Assembly (NCBI RefSeq): GCF_009914755.1
Contig: NC_060930.1
Origin: the human T2T-CHM13v2.0 reference genome, Homo sapiens
Length of the DNA stretch: 64,000 bases
Reading direction: 5' to 3' (one strand)
The position numbers were made by a program, and so were the translations under genes. Below are positions 46,776 to 61,270 of this stretch, piece after piece. The notes under the pieces were generated by a model. It was not told where the DNA came from, did no database searches, and saw only the letters and a program-made list of their open reading frames with translations. Every line of letters starts with the position of its first letter. Within the stretch, counting starts at the first letter, position 1.

Positions 46776-47942
46776 CACATGCTTTTGTGAAATCTACACA
46801 ATATTGCAGGGAAGAACAGTCACTACCAGACTGAAACTGTCACAGAGATTTCCATCAACAGGCTGAACCTTGAATGGCCCTGAAGTTGAGAAAAATCTCA
46901 ATTTTTCTCAAATTGCCAGGAATTGCCAGGCAATTGCCTGAAAAAAGTTGGTGTTCTGGTCTGGCCAACCCATCCCAATTTAAGCTGTGCCATCCAGTTC
47001 CTTTGGATGCTAGGACATTTGGCTCAGGGTATTAGCATTTGTCACTGGGTCAGCTCCCAACAGCCATTGCCTTGTTTTGCTTCTACAGGTCTCCTTGCTG
47101 CCCCCAAGGTGCTATAAGAGAGTTGATACTGAGAACAAGTTGTGCAGCTGAGGGCTGCAACACAGTTTCAAAACAGACTGGTCTAGAGCATATTCATAAC
47201 AACAATCCTGAAGGGCTGAAAAAATTTTACATATGTCTTTCTTGGTATATAGGTATATTAATCTTTTCTTCCCACAAATTCCCCCTGAAAGGAGAGAAGG
47301 TGTGTGACTTTCTTAATAACTGTAGATGTACTTGGAATCCTGCTTGGGAAAATGCCTGCTATAAATATATAGGACACTGTGGATATTCTCATTGCCAGGG
47401 TTTACATGATAAGCGTGTCTCCAGAAGTGCAGGATGGATCAGCCACAATTTGTATGGGTAGCAAACCCTTAGCTGCACTAGAAAAATGCCTCCCAAAGAA
47501 TGTTAAATAACATCTCCCTCAGATGAGGACTCCACTCTCGAGGACATGTCTCTGGTATTCTTTTGGCTCTAAGCCCTGTTATTCTACTTGGTTGTTAAGG
47601 ATATTGTCTTGTGATATCAGCTCGAACCCCAAAGAGCCTCCTCAGGAGCATGCACTCTACTCCACCGGGTGGAAGCACACGAAATTTTCAGTTGCAGTAA
47701 AATTTTCATTGTTTAATTTAAAATAAAACTTCTAAACAGAGTCTGAAAGTCGGTAAAAGTGCAACAGAATAAAAATAATCACGAGAGCAAAGATTGAATT
47801 TAGAGAGATCCAGAGATCAGGGAAAGTCATCACAAAAACCAAAGACAGCTTGCCCGGAGACTAGCCTTGTGGAGAACATGCACTCTGCAGGGCTCACAGG
47901 TGGAGTAGACCAGGACAAGGCCCCTCTCTAGTTCATTGTAAG

Positions 47943-48098
47943 CCACTGGTTCGCAACTGTGGCTGCACACTGTCATCACTTCGGGATACTGATGCCTGAC
48001 TCCCACACTCAGAGATTCAAATTCAACTGGTCTGGAGTAGACTGGTCTGTACAAGCACTGTAGGTGGTTCTGACGTAGTCAGGGCTGATAACCACTGG
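47943..48098. mobile_element. MER5-type hAT MITE
   Basis: Termini ccactggttc / aaccactgg; internal tactgatgcctg..cccac..cagagattc...aactggtctgg. Confidence 0.65.
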
Positions 48099-49064
48099 TA
48101 TAAGGTAAAAGTCCCGTCTTTGAAGATACCCTCAGAGCCAGAAAGCCTTTTGTTCACCCAGTAATACCGTGTAAAACAGAAAGTTGAATGAAATTCCAAG
48201 TGTACTGTAATGTATAAGAACAAAATATTTTAAAATTAAGATTAATTTTTCATTTTTTGTGGGGGAGTGAATCATGGTTGTTTTGAGATTGGTTATGGTT
48301 TTTCTTTCCAAATATTACAAGTGCTTAGATAATGGAAAACTCCAGCTGTGAAGGGTTTAAAGTATCTGAGGAGAGTAATTTAGAGTGCAACATGGGTATC
48401 TGATATGGAATGTATCAGTCTTCCTTTAGTTTTCTTTTGCCATCAAAAGAAAAATTCCTTTAGTTTTCTTGTCCCCATCAAGGATGGGGACAAGTGATCA
48501 GGCAAACCTTGGCACTGCTTGCTAGTCCTGGCAGTGCAAGTGCACGGGCAGGCTCAAATGCTCTTCCCTGTCTAGCCAAGAATTTCAGATCCCTGAGAGT
48601 GGCCTGGAAACAGACCAATGCATCAAATCATCATCAACTGGCAAGGGGTAAAGGGGTTGACAAGCTCATGCCACAAACTGTCTTACTTTTCTTTGGGTGA
48701 ATCAGTTCACCGAGCTGGCTAAATCCTCTTTTCAGCCTTCTGCGCTCAGCTCTGGGGCTGCCCTGCTGGGTCACCTGCTTAGCTAATCTGTTTGTTGCTC
48801 CAGAGGGAACCATCTGTCTTTCCAAACCTGCTGGCAGTGACCCCCTGCACCTCATTTCTCTCTGTGCGCTCCTGAAGATCCAGGGCACCAAGACGGGGCA
48901 GTCAGGAATCACGGGGCTGTGGGTGCCTTCCCCAGAGAGGCACTCTGACTTTCAGCAAGTCACTGGCTCTCAGTTGGAAGGGGTTAGCCAAGGCTACGAA
49001 AGTATATCTACCTAAAATTTTAATAAAATTCATTCTATTAAAATGCAATTAAAGGATCCTATTG

Positions 49065-49210
49065 GGAGGCAGCATGATATGGTGATGGAGACCTCAGCTC
49101 AAATCCTGGCATCAACCATTACTGGCTGCGGAGTCTTAAGCTCCTTAACCTCTCTGAGCTCATTTCTTAACTTCTCTGAGCCTCAGTTTCCTCATCTGCA
49201 AAATAAGGAG
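49065..49210 (+). mobile_element. MIR
   Basis: tcaaatcctggc...cttaacttctctgagcctcagtttcctcatctgcaaaat. Confidence 0.8.
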
Positions 49211-51638
49211 GCCCTGCAGGGTCATCCTCTTTCATGAAATGATCCATGCCTGCGGCACCTGGTATATAAAACATAAATGAAAAGTTAACTGCTTCAGCCT
49301 CCATAATCAGTGAATAACCATGACCAAAACTTGTTTTTGCAGGTGCTCAATTAACTGAATTACACTTTGCAATTCTAAATTTTTATAATGAATTTGTGTA
49401 AACAAAGTGCCCTGACAAGAACATTACTATATATGATCTTTCTGTATTTTCAGCATGTCTGAATTCACATACATAGAATTCTCCCACAGGTAAAGGTGAG
49501 TAAATTGCATTGTGTGAAGGGTTTGTGTGTCTACAATACCTGTATTCCATGGAAGTCCAGAGACAAACTGACAGGCAGAGGGGCCTGGCTCATTGTGCAG
49601 TATGTGGTTCCTGGACTTGCCTTTGATGTTCCAACTTCCAGGGGCAGCCTGATTTCCCAATGTCCAACCTCCTTACATACAAACAGGAGGAATATGAACT
49701 TTCTATGCCATCCCAAGAGGCTGCAAAAGGATGATGTGGGCACTGGATGGACCATGTGGCCTAACTCAGCAAAGGGCCTTCTGTTCAGATGTTTGGGCAA
49801 GAAGTACTTGTTCCAACAGGCCTTTCCAAAGTGGTTTTTGGCCACCCCACCCACCTTATTTCTCCCTAGTTCTCCCAAGAAAAGATGAATAGCCTGCCAT
49901 AAGTTCGTATGTATGTCAGGGCTGCCAACTGCCTCCAAAGACAGGGCTGTTATAATTAGTTACAGCTCTAATTATTGTTCCAGGATATGGCTAAAATTTT
50001 GTTGGCTTAGACTTTTTGCTTTTTTCATAAGGGTATTCCATAAATACAGTGAATGACACAAGCTACTATGAAGGAATTCAAGTTTGTGGAATCTAGTCCT
50101 TTATAATTATAGCATATAATTCATTTGGCAGCATTTTCTAACCATTATCAGTGTGTAGGGCACTGTGATAAGTGTGAGACAGAGAGGACAGCCCTAGTCT
50201 CCAAGGAGAGAACGACATACAACACTAATAAACCAAAAAGTCACATAAGCAACTCTGAGTACTTGTCCACCTCTACAGGCATGTGTTTGAACATGCACAC
50301 GTGAAATCTGTCCTTCATCTGTCATCAGAAAACAAATTCCTCAAATACAGACGATTAACTACCCACGCCCCCCGGACTTTGGTAACTTGCTCCAGGGGAC
50401 ATTCCATGATGCTCGGAAATACAGGCTGAGATGGGTATTACAGAAATCCAAGGAAAATTTCACTGAAGCTCTGATTAGGCATATCTTGTTGATCAGGCAC
50501 CATTCTACGCACATGGGTATGGAGGAAAAGACAACTGTGAAATCAGGCCTTTCTGTCTGTATACAGTAGTCTGCTGCCTGGGACAGCTGCTTGGTAGGCC
50601 TCCTAATGGCTCCTGGTCCTGCCTCCCCATCTTCTGAATTTGAGAACACCTTTATTCAAATTAAGGGACTCCCATTTTTTACTTCCAAACACCACCTTGC
50701 CCTCCATGAGATTTTTCCTGAAGCCTTTATTTCACTTCCTTGCCTAGCAGTCTGCAATGTGATGGGAACGTTTAAAATATGGAAGATTACATGGACTGCA
50801 ATTTTCCCTTGGCCCTCCTGATTCTATTCAGGTGGATATTCTTTTATCAGCATGCAATAAATATTTCACACTGAAACTGTCACTTGGAATTTAGTCTTCA
50901 CAGCTCCACTTAATGCACTGAAAAGCGGCCGGGGAAGTCAGATGTGTATTATAACAAGAACAGCATGCCGAGAGCCTGCAGCTGGGCAGGGCCCCTCGTG
51001 TTGCGTCTAAGCGGCTGGAGAGCAGAAGCACATGAAAGAAGAACGGACAGCTGCTCCCTTTCCGCACACTTATGGGGCTGAAACCAAAGTGGGAACGTCT
51101 CCATCAGGATTTGTTTTAGCACTTGAGTTTTTAAAAGTAGTAAGGAAAAAGCAGTTTGAAGTATAGATGAGGCTGCAGCTGTCTCTTACTTACTGAACAC
51201 TTATCATGGGCCCAGCGCTGTGCTGTGTGCCTCACAAACATTGTCAGTCTCCTTCACACCCCTAGGAAGGGCAGACAATTATGCCTATTTTACAGAAGAG
51301 AAAGAGTCCCACAGAAAGTCATTTGCCTAAACTCATAAAGCTTGGGAGTGATAGCCAGGACTTGAAACCACTCCTGTTGTACTCCTGGGCCTGTGCCTTC
51401 ATGCCTTCCCGTGGGGCACCAGGGAAAATAAAAGAGTTCCACAGTCTCCTTTCATCCTGCTGGAACTTACCTCATGGATCACCTTTTCTTTTCAACTGAC
51501 TCTGGGGGTGGGCTGGGGGACAGGGGAATACTCTAGTTTCCTTGGCTTCTTTTCTGGAAAGGGATATGCCCACTTCCTCAAGTAAAGGAGGAGTTTTAGT
51601 CTGAGTGTTTGTTAGTTAAGGATAACAGGACTCACTGG

Positions 51639-52044
51639 TGTGAAAGAAAAGCAGAATCGAAGGACCCCAAACTCATGATGCCAAAGGGAAAGGGAAGCTT
51701 GGGAAGTGAGTCACACAAAAACTGCCTTCCTTCTGCTCCCAAACAGGTAACTGACTTCTCCCTCCCTCTCTTCCCATGTGAAATGCAGACTCACTGAGCG
51801 CTAGTCAGAGCCTCACAAGGAAGGAACCACTTGCCTCACTGCTTACCCTCTCTCCTTTTTTTCCCTTTCCTCTCCTGCATGCTCTTTCCCCTTTCAACAC
51901 TGAAGTTCCCAAAACCCTCTTTCAAAAAAGCACAGATGACAGATCCTCCCGTGACTTGTGTTTCTTTTTCCCGGGTGCATCCTCAACCTTGGCCAAATAA
52001 ACCTCTATCGATTGAGATCTGCCTCGGTCACTTTTTGCTTTACA
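51639..52044 (+). mobile_element. MER4-family ERV1 solo LTR
   Basis: TG...CA termini (tgtgaaagaaaa...ggaccccaaactca...tgccaaagggaaa; caaccttggccaaataaacctct...tttaca); AATAAA at 51996-52001; near-TSD ctgg/ctga. Confidence 0.85.
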
Positions 52045-54509
52045 CTGATCAGCAGCTTTGCTGTTTCCACAGGGTGCTAGTGCACATCATCTCACTTTGT
52101 CTATTCGCAAAGATGCTAAGTGGTGCACAGGGTAGGTGAAGACTTCTGGCCAGAAAGCAAGTCAGAGTCTGGACTGGAACCATCCTTCTGAGTTTCAGCG
52201 GAACTCCCTACGTTTTCCTACCAAGCCAGCTTGGCCTTATTATATTAGGCATTAATGGAGTGCTTTCTGCATCAACAAGGCACTGGGGATCACAGTGAAT
52301 AAGAACAACGCTAATCCTCTGGAAGCTCACAGGGTAGGGACAGGATGACTTATTAAAATGCCATTCTAAAACAATGTGATCATGCTATTAAGCAAAGTCA
52401 CAATAAAGTGTGTTGTTGGTCCAGAGAACAATGAGATTGCAGCAGGAAGAAAGGGGCAGGAAGGTCACTGAAGGCCTTCCCTAGGGGAGGAGGTGAATGC
52501 AGACACAAGTGCACTGGGTGTGCTGTGTGCCTCGTGCTGTGCTAGGTCCCAAGGACATGGAAGGCCCAGCCCTCCGGCATCCTGCAATCTGGCTGGAGAG
52601 AGACTCATGGTTACAAATCAACTGGAATACTGCAGAGGCTGGCCATAAAATACGACTATCGGGGGACAGGCTGAACACAGTACAGAAATAGACAGGAGCA
52701 AGCCATTTTCCGAGTGGTTCCCTGAACTGCCAGGGAGAGAAAAAAGTATGGTCAATGTCTTATAAAAAAAAACAGGCTGAGTTTCAAAAATTATTTCCAG
52801 TAGGAAAAATACTTTAATATTACAAAAAACATGAACAGCTATACAGACAGCAGTGAGCTTCAAATAATAGCTGATACTTATTTTTTAAAAAACAAAACAC
52901 TAAGTTTGGCTCTGCTAAAATAGAACCTGGTTCAAAGCAAGAGGAAAATTTATTTTTGCTATTTTTACCAGCTCCCCCTTCTCCACCTCACTCCTTCTCA
53001 GAAGCTCTGATGAGTTCCAGGGAGGGAAACCTCATTCGTAAATGAGATATCTATAACCTATCACCTGTAGGAAAAGGCAGGTTCTCTTTTCCAGGTCACA
53101 GTACCCCAGAAATCACCATGATCCATGCAACACTCCTGCCATTGCTGGGTGTCAAAAGCTTTCACAAAGTGCAGCTCCAGGCTTTTCTCAAACAGGCCCC
53201 GCTGCTGGAGCCGACCGTGAAGAACCAGCATTACATAACTCAGCATTACATCATCCAGTTACTCCCCCATGTGCAAGAAAACACACTTGCTGGGAGATCT
53301 GGGCAGTCAGGCTTTCCCTTTATAGTCAGTTCAGTCAATAGAGAGGGTCAGTGACATAGCTCACCCTTGGTCAAAATCCAGCATTCACCAGGGTGTTTCT
53401 GGGACTTGGCAATCATTAGCATTTATTTTCAGAACCAGAAAATGTCAGGCATGAAAGGGACCTTAGAGATACACTGAGCAATCCTCTTTATCCACAGGAG
53501 GAAGCTGGCCTATGAGGGTTGGCTGCCAGCCAGTGGGGGGTGGGAGCAGAACCTAGGTCTCCTGGCTCGCTGGGCCAACAATCAGTGAGTATTTATTGGG
53601 CCCCCATGGCCTAGCTATCTCTGTGTGTAATTCCGAAATGCACTCACTTATCAGTGGAGTGGAATAGTCTAATGAAAGAAACCCCAAGGATCTCAACAAG
53701 GCAGTTAAATTTAGGTTGTAACAATAGAGCCAATTCCTGAAAAAATTCTTGTGCTATAAGGGATCTCGGAAACCAATATGCTCAAATTCTTACTTTCTAC
53801 AGGTGAGGCCTAGAGGTGAGGACTTCATGGTGATGCTATCACTAACTTGTGACAGACTTTGAAGGGGAATCCTTATGACTTCAGGGTTGGTGCTATTTTT
53901 ACTCCATTGAAGAGGCGGGAGGAGTGGGGAGAAGAGAAGTGCTTCTTAGACTGGATGAAATGGAAATGTTTGGGGAAAAGAAAGTAAGTAAAATACTGAT
54001 TTAATTCCACACTAGCATTATTTAATCAAACTAAGGGCATTCTGGTACCACATTTTAGAGAATTCTTAGCGCCTTTTCAGTATTCATAACTGACCAATCC
54101 ATGAAATCGCAGCTTCATTACCAGACTAGGGAAGATATACAATTTCTGACAGATAGCTTGGCTCTGGTATTTCAAAAACACATTGAGTACAAAACTAGAA
54201 TGGTGCTCCTTCGCCTTTAGTAGAAACACTGAGTGATGACATGACTTTAGACAGAGTCAATACCACGACCAAGGATAGACAGCTACTGAGTAAGTGTTAT
54301 TAGGATTTAAATTTAGGTGTACCTTGCTCAAAACCTCTTCTCTTACTCACCACTCCTATTATATCTCAGGGAGGAAAAAGCCACGCCGTTTTTTAGACTG
54401 ATAGATGTATAATTAGGAGAGATCTTCCCAACAGCACTGATGAAATGAGCTGTCACATATACACAGGTGAAATCCATCCAGTCCGAAAAGAAAATTCAGC
54501 TGCAGCTAT

Positions 54510-54603
54510 CAAGGGCTCAGGAAATGAGTGCACACCCTCATATACACAGCAGGCAAGGGCTCAGAAAATGAGTGCACGCCCTCATATACACAGCAGGCAA
54601 GGG
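54510..54603 (+). repeat. 44-bp tandem duplication (2 mismatches)
   Basis: caagggctcag[g/a]aaatgagtgcac[a/g]ccctcatatacacagcagg twice, then caaggg. Confidence 0.95.
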
Positions 54604-56209
54604 GCCATCACCTCCCTGCACCACAGAGGGTGCAACACAGAAATACAAATTAACACAAACAAGGGGGAGCCCCTTGGATTGTCTTTCCTAAAAGATGTGA
54701 CACTGTTCCTTTGTCATCTTGGGAGAAGGTCTTCTGCATAAGCAGGACTGGAGTCAACTTTGATTACTTGAAAGGACAAGACAAGCAGTGAGGCATCAAA
54801 AAGTTTCCACTTAAGGGTACTTCAGTGATAGCTTGTCTGGAAAAGCACAATTGGAGCTGTAGCCTTCAGATCTATGGGGAAATTCTGAGCAAATACTTCT
54901 TAAATAAGGTGGTTGAACTTTCACATTTTCGGAGTGTAGTTTTCGTATTTATTTTCTTTTGACGGCAGAGAGAGAGAGAGTTTTCTGATATGTGATAAAG
55001 GAGCCTGGCCTCTAGGGATCAAGCTATTCATGAGCCTACAGAGGGTAAGCTGTTACCTTCTAACAAGAGCTCTAAATGAACAATTAGAAAAAGGAAACAT
55101 GCATCTTGCCACTGTCTTTCATCTTCAATGTCTTGTCTCCTTCTGTCAAGATAAGGCCACCCATAATCTGATCCCTCTTCTGAGAGCTGGCTAACAAGTG
55201 AGAGTGCAGGTGGGCCCAACATTCTCCTAATTGTGTGTCCTTGGGAGAATTACCCCAGCATGTCAGGTCAGAATTTCCTCACCTAAAAAAATGAGGATAA
55301 GAGTTCCTTTCTCTTAGGAGACACTGAGACAACGTATTCAAAGTGTGGAGTACAGTGTGTGGTGCACAGTGTGTGTGTAAGGAAGCAGCACTGACAAGCA
55401 CACATCATCGCTGCTGCCACCACCATCATAAACTTGACTCTTTACAGATGTGGTAAATTAGGCAAATAGGCAACTTGCCCGAGATCATGAGGTAAAATAT
55501 CATCTGAGCTGAGAACTTCCGCTTCTTGCCTGTGAGACCAATGTGCTTTCTCTGCCAGAGTTAATAATATCTGCTTCAGCATCAAAACAGTTCTTTAAGG
55601 AATTCCACAGTGAATGATATGAGGACTAAATGGGAGAAGGATGGATATCATAATAAAAATTCCCAAATGAAACTCTTGCAAAAGTTTTCTATACACAGCA
55701 TTACTGCTGCCTTTTTTGGGAGCACTCCAGCACATGGAAATACACTAAAGGAAAACTGTTGTATATGAAAGACGCATAGGGACAGGCTTCTTTTAGAAAG
55801 GAAATGGAATCTTGTTTTATGCACATCATCCTCGGAGGAATCAAGCAAAACTAACAGGCAATCTCCAACCAAATGAGAGACATTCCTTCCACAGGAACGC
55901 CAACTATGGGAATGCTGTTGCCCCAGACTCGAGGATTTACTGGAATTTCTAGAAAAAGCAGGGAGGAAATTAGTTCAAATTCCTATTTGAAGACATCTTT
56001 TTATAGCTGCAGAGGAATTATATATTAAATAGACTGAACAAATGAATGTCATACAGGGGCCAAGCTATAAAACTAAACAAACTGTCTCATTGCCTTGCTT
56101 TCTTAAACTTCGACAGGGGGCTGGGGAATTTTCCACTCATCTGGAAAAACTTCTTATATCCAAAAGATATAGGGTTCACTTAGGGGGCAGTTCTGGTCAT
56201 TGTATATAA

Positions 56210-56659
<450 letters not shown>

Positions 56660-57716
56660 TAAATATGTAGATTGATCCTTTGATTTAATCGTAGTTGATT
56701 TATAAAGGTATAGGGGAAAGTGCTGCTGGCGTATGCTTTTAAACTTTATCCCTGTTCTATTAAATGAGCGAACAGATGGGACATTAGAAGTGGGAAGAGT
56801 GCTAGGTCCCTGAAGAGTCAAAATGAGAAAGAACTTCTACAAGGCCGGAAGGACCTCATAATTCCATGGTAACTCCCCATTTCATAATTATACGGCATAG
56901 AATGGGTGCTCAGTAAATATCTAGGAAAAGAAACCTTGGGCAATGGAATTGTAAACGACACAGTGTGTGTTACTTATCCAGCAGATGATGTGGAACATAG
57001 CTGAGAAGCCAACCAGGGAACAGGGAGAAATCAAACCAAGACACTAGTATAAACATTAAGATGGGGCTTGGGAAAAGCATTTAAATCTCTCTTTGCCTAT
57101 CAGTTATTACATTATTGTTCTTCAACTATTATTTCATTTTCTTTGGAAGAAAACTGTCTGATCAGAGATATATTCTAGTACTGGTAACACATCTTCTACC
57201 AGGAAGGAAGAAGGCTAACAGCAGAGGTGCTAACAATATGAATGAAATAATTCAATTTTCTGGGTTTCCTTCTAACAGAAAGGCTAGATGAAGAGAAGTC
57301 TTTGGAATCTATAATGATATAAATATATAGCTGGCATATAACTTTGTTCATCTGCAGCCTAAACTCTGTAGTGTTAAGTTCTTGGTGAAAAATGGCCAAG
57401 GAAAACCAGGCATAGAGTAATTCAGTCTAACATGTATCAGTAGTTTCTGTAAATAGAGAAGAAGGGGACAGATATTTATGTGAATGTTGAACCATGGGAT
57501 TTTAGAACTGGCAGCAGCCTTAGAAATTACAGTATAATCCTTTGGTTTTACAGATGAGAAAACAGAGGGCTCGCGGGTGTAAATTCACTAGTTCAAGCTT
57601 CAAATGACTTAAGCTTCCTATCCCTAAATACCAGCATCTGAAGAATTTAATTTCATGCTTCCAGTTAAAAAAAAAAACCAATGACTGGCTATAATTCGTT
57701 TTGAAAAAGAAGGGAC

Positions 57717-58168
57717 TTATTTTTATTGTGGAAAAAACACAAACCATAAAATGTATCATCTTAACTATTTTTAAGCGTTTAGTGCAGCAGTGTTAAGTAT
57801 ATTCATATTGTTGTGAAACATGACCAGAACTTTTTCATCTTCCCAAATTGAAACTCTGTACCAATTAAACAATTTGCCTTTTTCTCCTCCTCCAGCCCCT
57901 GTTATTCATCATTCTACTTTCAATTTCTACAAATTTGACTACTTTAGACACCTCATATAAATGGAATCATACAGTATCTTTTTGTGTATGGCTTATTTCA
58001 TTTAGTGTTAAGTCCTCAAGGTTCATCCATATTCTAACATGTAGCAGGATTCTGTTCCTTTTTAAGGCTGAATAATATTCTATTGTATGTATATACTATA
58101 TCCTGTTTATCCATTCATTGTTGATGGACATTTGGATTGATTCTACCTTTTGGCTATTGTGAATAGTA
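57717..58168 (-). mobile_element. L1MB-type 3' end
   Basis: ttttattgtgg...aaattgaaactctgtacc...aatggaatcatacagtat...tttttaaggctgaataatattc. Confidence 0.88.
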
Positions 58169-61039
58169 TATAATCATTTTCATGTATTTTAAATGTCCCT
58201 TAGATAGGGATTGACTTCCCTTTATTCCACTAAAACAAGAGGCATATTAATTTTATAAATTCTCTCAAACTATCAAATATTAATAATACTTAAGGTAAAT
58301 GCATACAAGTGGAGAGATATGGGGTGCACTATCTGTTTTCCTGCAAAGGATCTCAAACATACCTACTTTTTCTCAGGCTGTTGTAAAAGGATGAGAACTG
58401 TGGGTAAGATATCACTTTCATTAAAGTTTTAACCACCATCTAGGGAACTGGAGCGGATATTGCAGTGACTGACAATGAGAGAGGGCCTGGTCATGATTTA
58501 CTAGCTTCTAATTTCACAACAGCACATTCAAACACTGAACCATATAATAGCAAATAAAAGTAAAAATAAGTATGGTTTCAGAGACTCAACTACCACTACC
58601 CCAAACATCAATAAATTCAGCAAATTACTTTGCTTAGCGATCTACAAAAGGAAAAAAAAAGTGTAAGCTAAGAAACACTGAAAATGCTTCATCTCACACT
58701 TACATTAACAAAAATGGATGCTACGTGTAATGTTAACCCCTTTCCAATGATCTTTAATGGCTGTACATAGTGTCTGCTCTTAATTTCTTACAACTGCAGA
58801 TTCTGAACTTGGGTGTAATACATCCACTATTTTGAGTTCCTTAACTAAAAAAGCACAAGCTTAAGAACAGCTGCTGTGGTAGAAAACAGTGACCCCTGAA
58901 AAGCTGATGGGAAGATGGGCATGACTCCAAAACCCTACCATTATCTAGAATTAGAACACATCCAGTTTATCTTCTTACTGCACAATTATGTACTATAGTA
59001 ACAATATATTTTTTCATCCAAATACTTAGATTTTGCTGAATATTCCTGAAATCATGATCTTAATTCATTTGTTCAGGGGAATCTCATTAGAATCCAGAAA
59101 CCCAGTTCTGGCAACTTCTCTGGTGCTGCATTCCCATTCCTGTTTCCCATTCCCAACACTCTATTTTACTGTTTTCTCTAGACATGAGGCTATGAAGCTA
59201 GCTCTATAACAAAGATTACAACTCTATTTCAAAATGCTTAGAAAATATTTTCTCTTTGGTGAACACTAAATCTCTATGAACTACACAGGGAAGGAAGGTG
59301 CCTCAGTGATGCTGATGCTGCAGGTCTCTAGAAGATGCTCGAAGAGCAGGTGCTAACAGACAGGAAATAGTGACACAAAACAAGGTACACTAGAGTTGTT
59401 TAAAAACCAAAGGGGTGTGGCAAACTGCAGAGCTACAATAAGCCAGGGCAGTTTACTGATAGTTATTCTAACTAACGCCTTGCAAATAGGGTCCAGAGGA
59501 GTATCTTTATTTAGAACAGCAAAATGGAGCAAAGTACAAAGACAAAAGCAAAATCTGGCTGCCTTTTTGCTGTTCCTGATGTAAAACACCTACGAAGCCT
59601 TGTTAATTGTCTGGGGTAGAAATCCTTTGGTGCTTCTTTGCTGCTCAGACTGTTTGAGAGCTATTTGCCCAAGCCTACAAACCACCCAGGTTTGTCCATT
59701 CTTTCTGGCTCCAGCTGGTCTGGACATAAAAGGCCTCTCAAATCTTTCTGATCTCACCTGGGAGGCAGATAGGGAAATTAGATTTAGTGGGGGCTAGCCC
59801 AGAACTTGCTTTCTGCAGAGAGGGAGAACCTATAAGAGCTTTCAGGGTCAGCTGGCTTTACAGAATCATCTTATATGGAAATAATGGCACTTTATCAAAA
59901 GGTAGAAGAATGTCTCTGCTAATTCTGGGCTATGACATGAGGCATGAAGTGGGAAAGAGATTCGAGACTGACAGACTGGATGGTAATTTTCCAGGGGAGA
60001 CGTGGTCCAAGAATGTTAAGGAAAGAACAAGTGTATGTCTGGCTTCTACTGAGTGGGCCATAATCATGGAAAATGGGCAAAAGGAGGCTGACTTGCTTAT
60101 CATGAAAGAAAAACGAGCTGCCACTTCTTGGAATGAGAGTAATCCTTAAGGACTGTGTGAAGGCTAACAAATGCTGATGTATCTAGAATCCCTCAGGGTT
60201 GCCAGAATGAAGACTGAAGATCTTGCACATTAAGGACATAAAGGAAGAATGAATGACCTCTGAGCAGAGTTGAAGTGCTCCTTAAATACCATCGGAACAA
60301 AATGGGAGGATGACTTAAGACTATCCTTCAGTTTCTACTGACTCAGGAGCCCATGTCCTTGAACTTCTGAGTTTGCTCTAAGGAGCTAGAAGACCTGAGC
60401 TCACGCCTGGCCATGTGGCCTTAGACAAGGCTTCCACCTTTCCTGCATCTCGGTTTCTCTACCCAGAAAACCAGGTCATTTTTGTCCAGAGACTTATTTT
60501 AAAAAGCAAAACTTACTAGGGTTATGGGACGCGGGGGTGGAGGGGTATCATTAGCACCACAGCTGACTCACGTGACTGAAGAAGCCACCCTCTGAAGAAT
60601 GAGTGGAAAGCAGGGTGAGCAGGTAAGTGTTGTGGGTGAGATTTCAGTGTGAGCACTGCCTTTATGGCATGCATGTCTGGCAGCTGGAAAAGTGGCTGTG
60701 GGCTTCCTCACTGGTGGAACCGTGAAGCTGGGATCCATGTGCACCTGGGTGGGTGGGGCTTGGAGTCCAAATCTTCAAGTGGGAGAGAGACGTGATATGA
60801 AGAGTATCACAACTCCATGAGGGTTAATATGTCACGATCCCCATCAGATTTCCATATTCCTTTCATGGTTCATTCCTTCAGGAGGGAGACTGTGGGTGGC
60901 CAAAAAGACACCCTGATTTTGGTGGTATAGACCCTGCCACTGAGATGTATGATCTCAGGGAACATACTTCATGCATTTATTTAGTCAGTGAAAACTTACT
61001 AAGAGCCAGCTCTATGTGGGATGTTCTAGATCCTGTGGA

Positions 61040-61270
61040 TAATAACAGCAAGCATTTGCATAACATTTCCTATGTGCTAGCATTATCCCGGGGGCTTTGC
61101 ATATGTTAGTGTACTTGATCCTCACTACAACGCATGAAGTAGGGCTTACTTTCATCTGCAGTTTGCATTAGGCACTGAGAGGTTAAATATCTTGCTCAGA
61201 GTGACATAGCTAGTAGGCTGAGTCAGGATGTGAACACAGGCCGGCTGGCCGCAGAGTCCATGCTCTTCGC
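61040..61270 (-). mobile_element. MIR, within L2-like sequence extending to ~61850
   Basis: gatcctcactacaac...gagaggttaaatatcttgctcagagtgacatagctagt...ggatgtgaacacagg. Confidence 0.7.
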
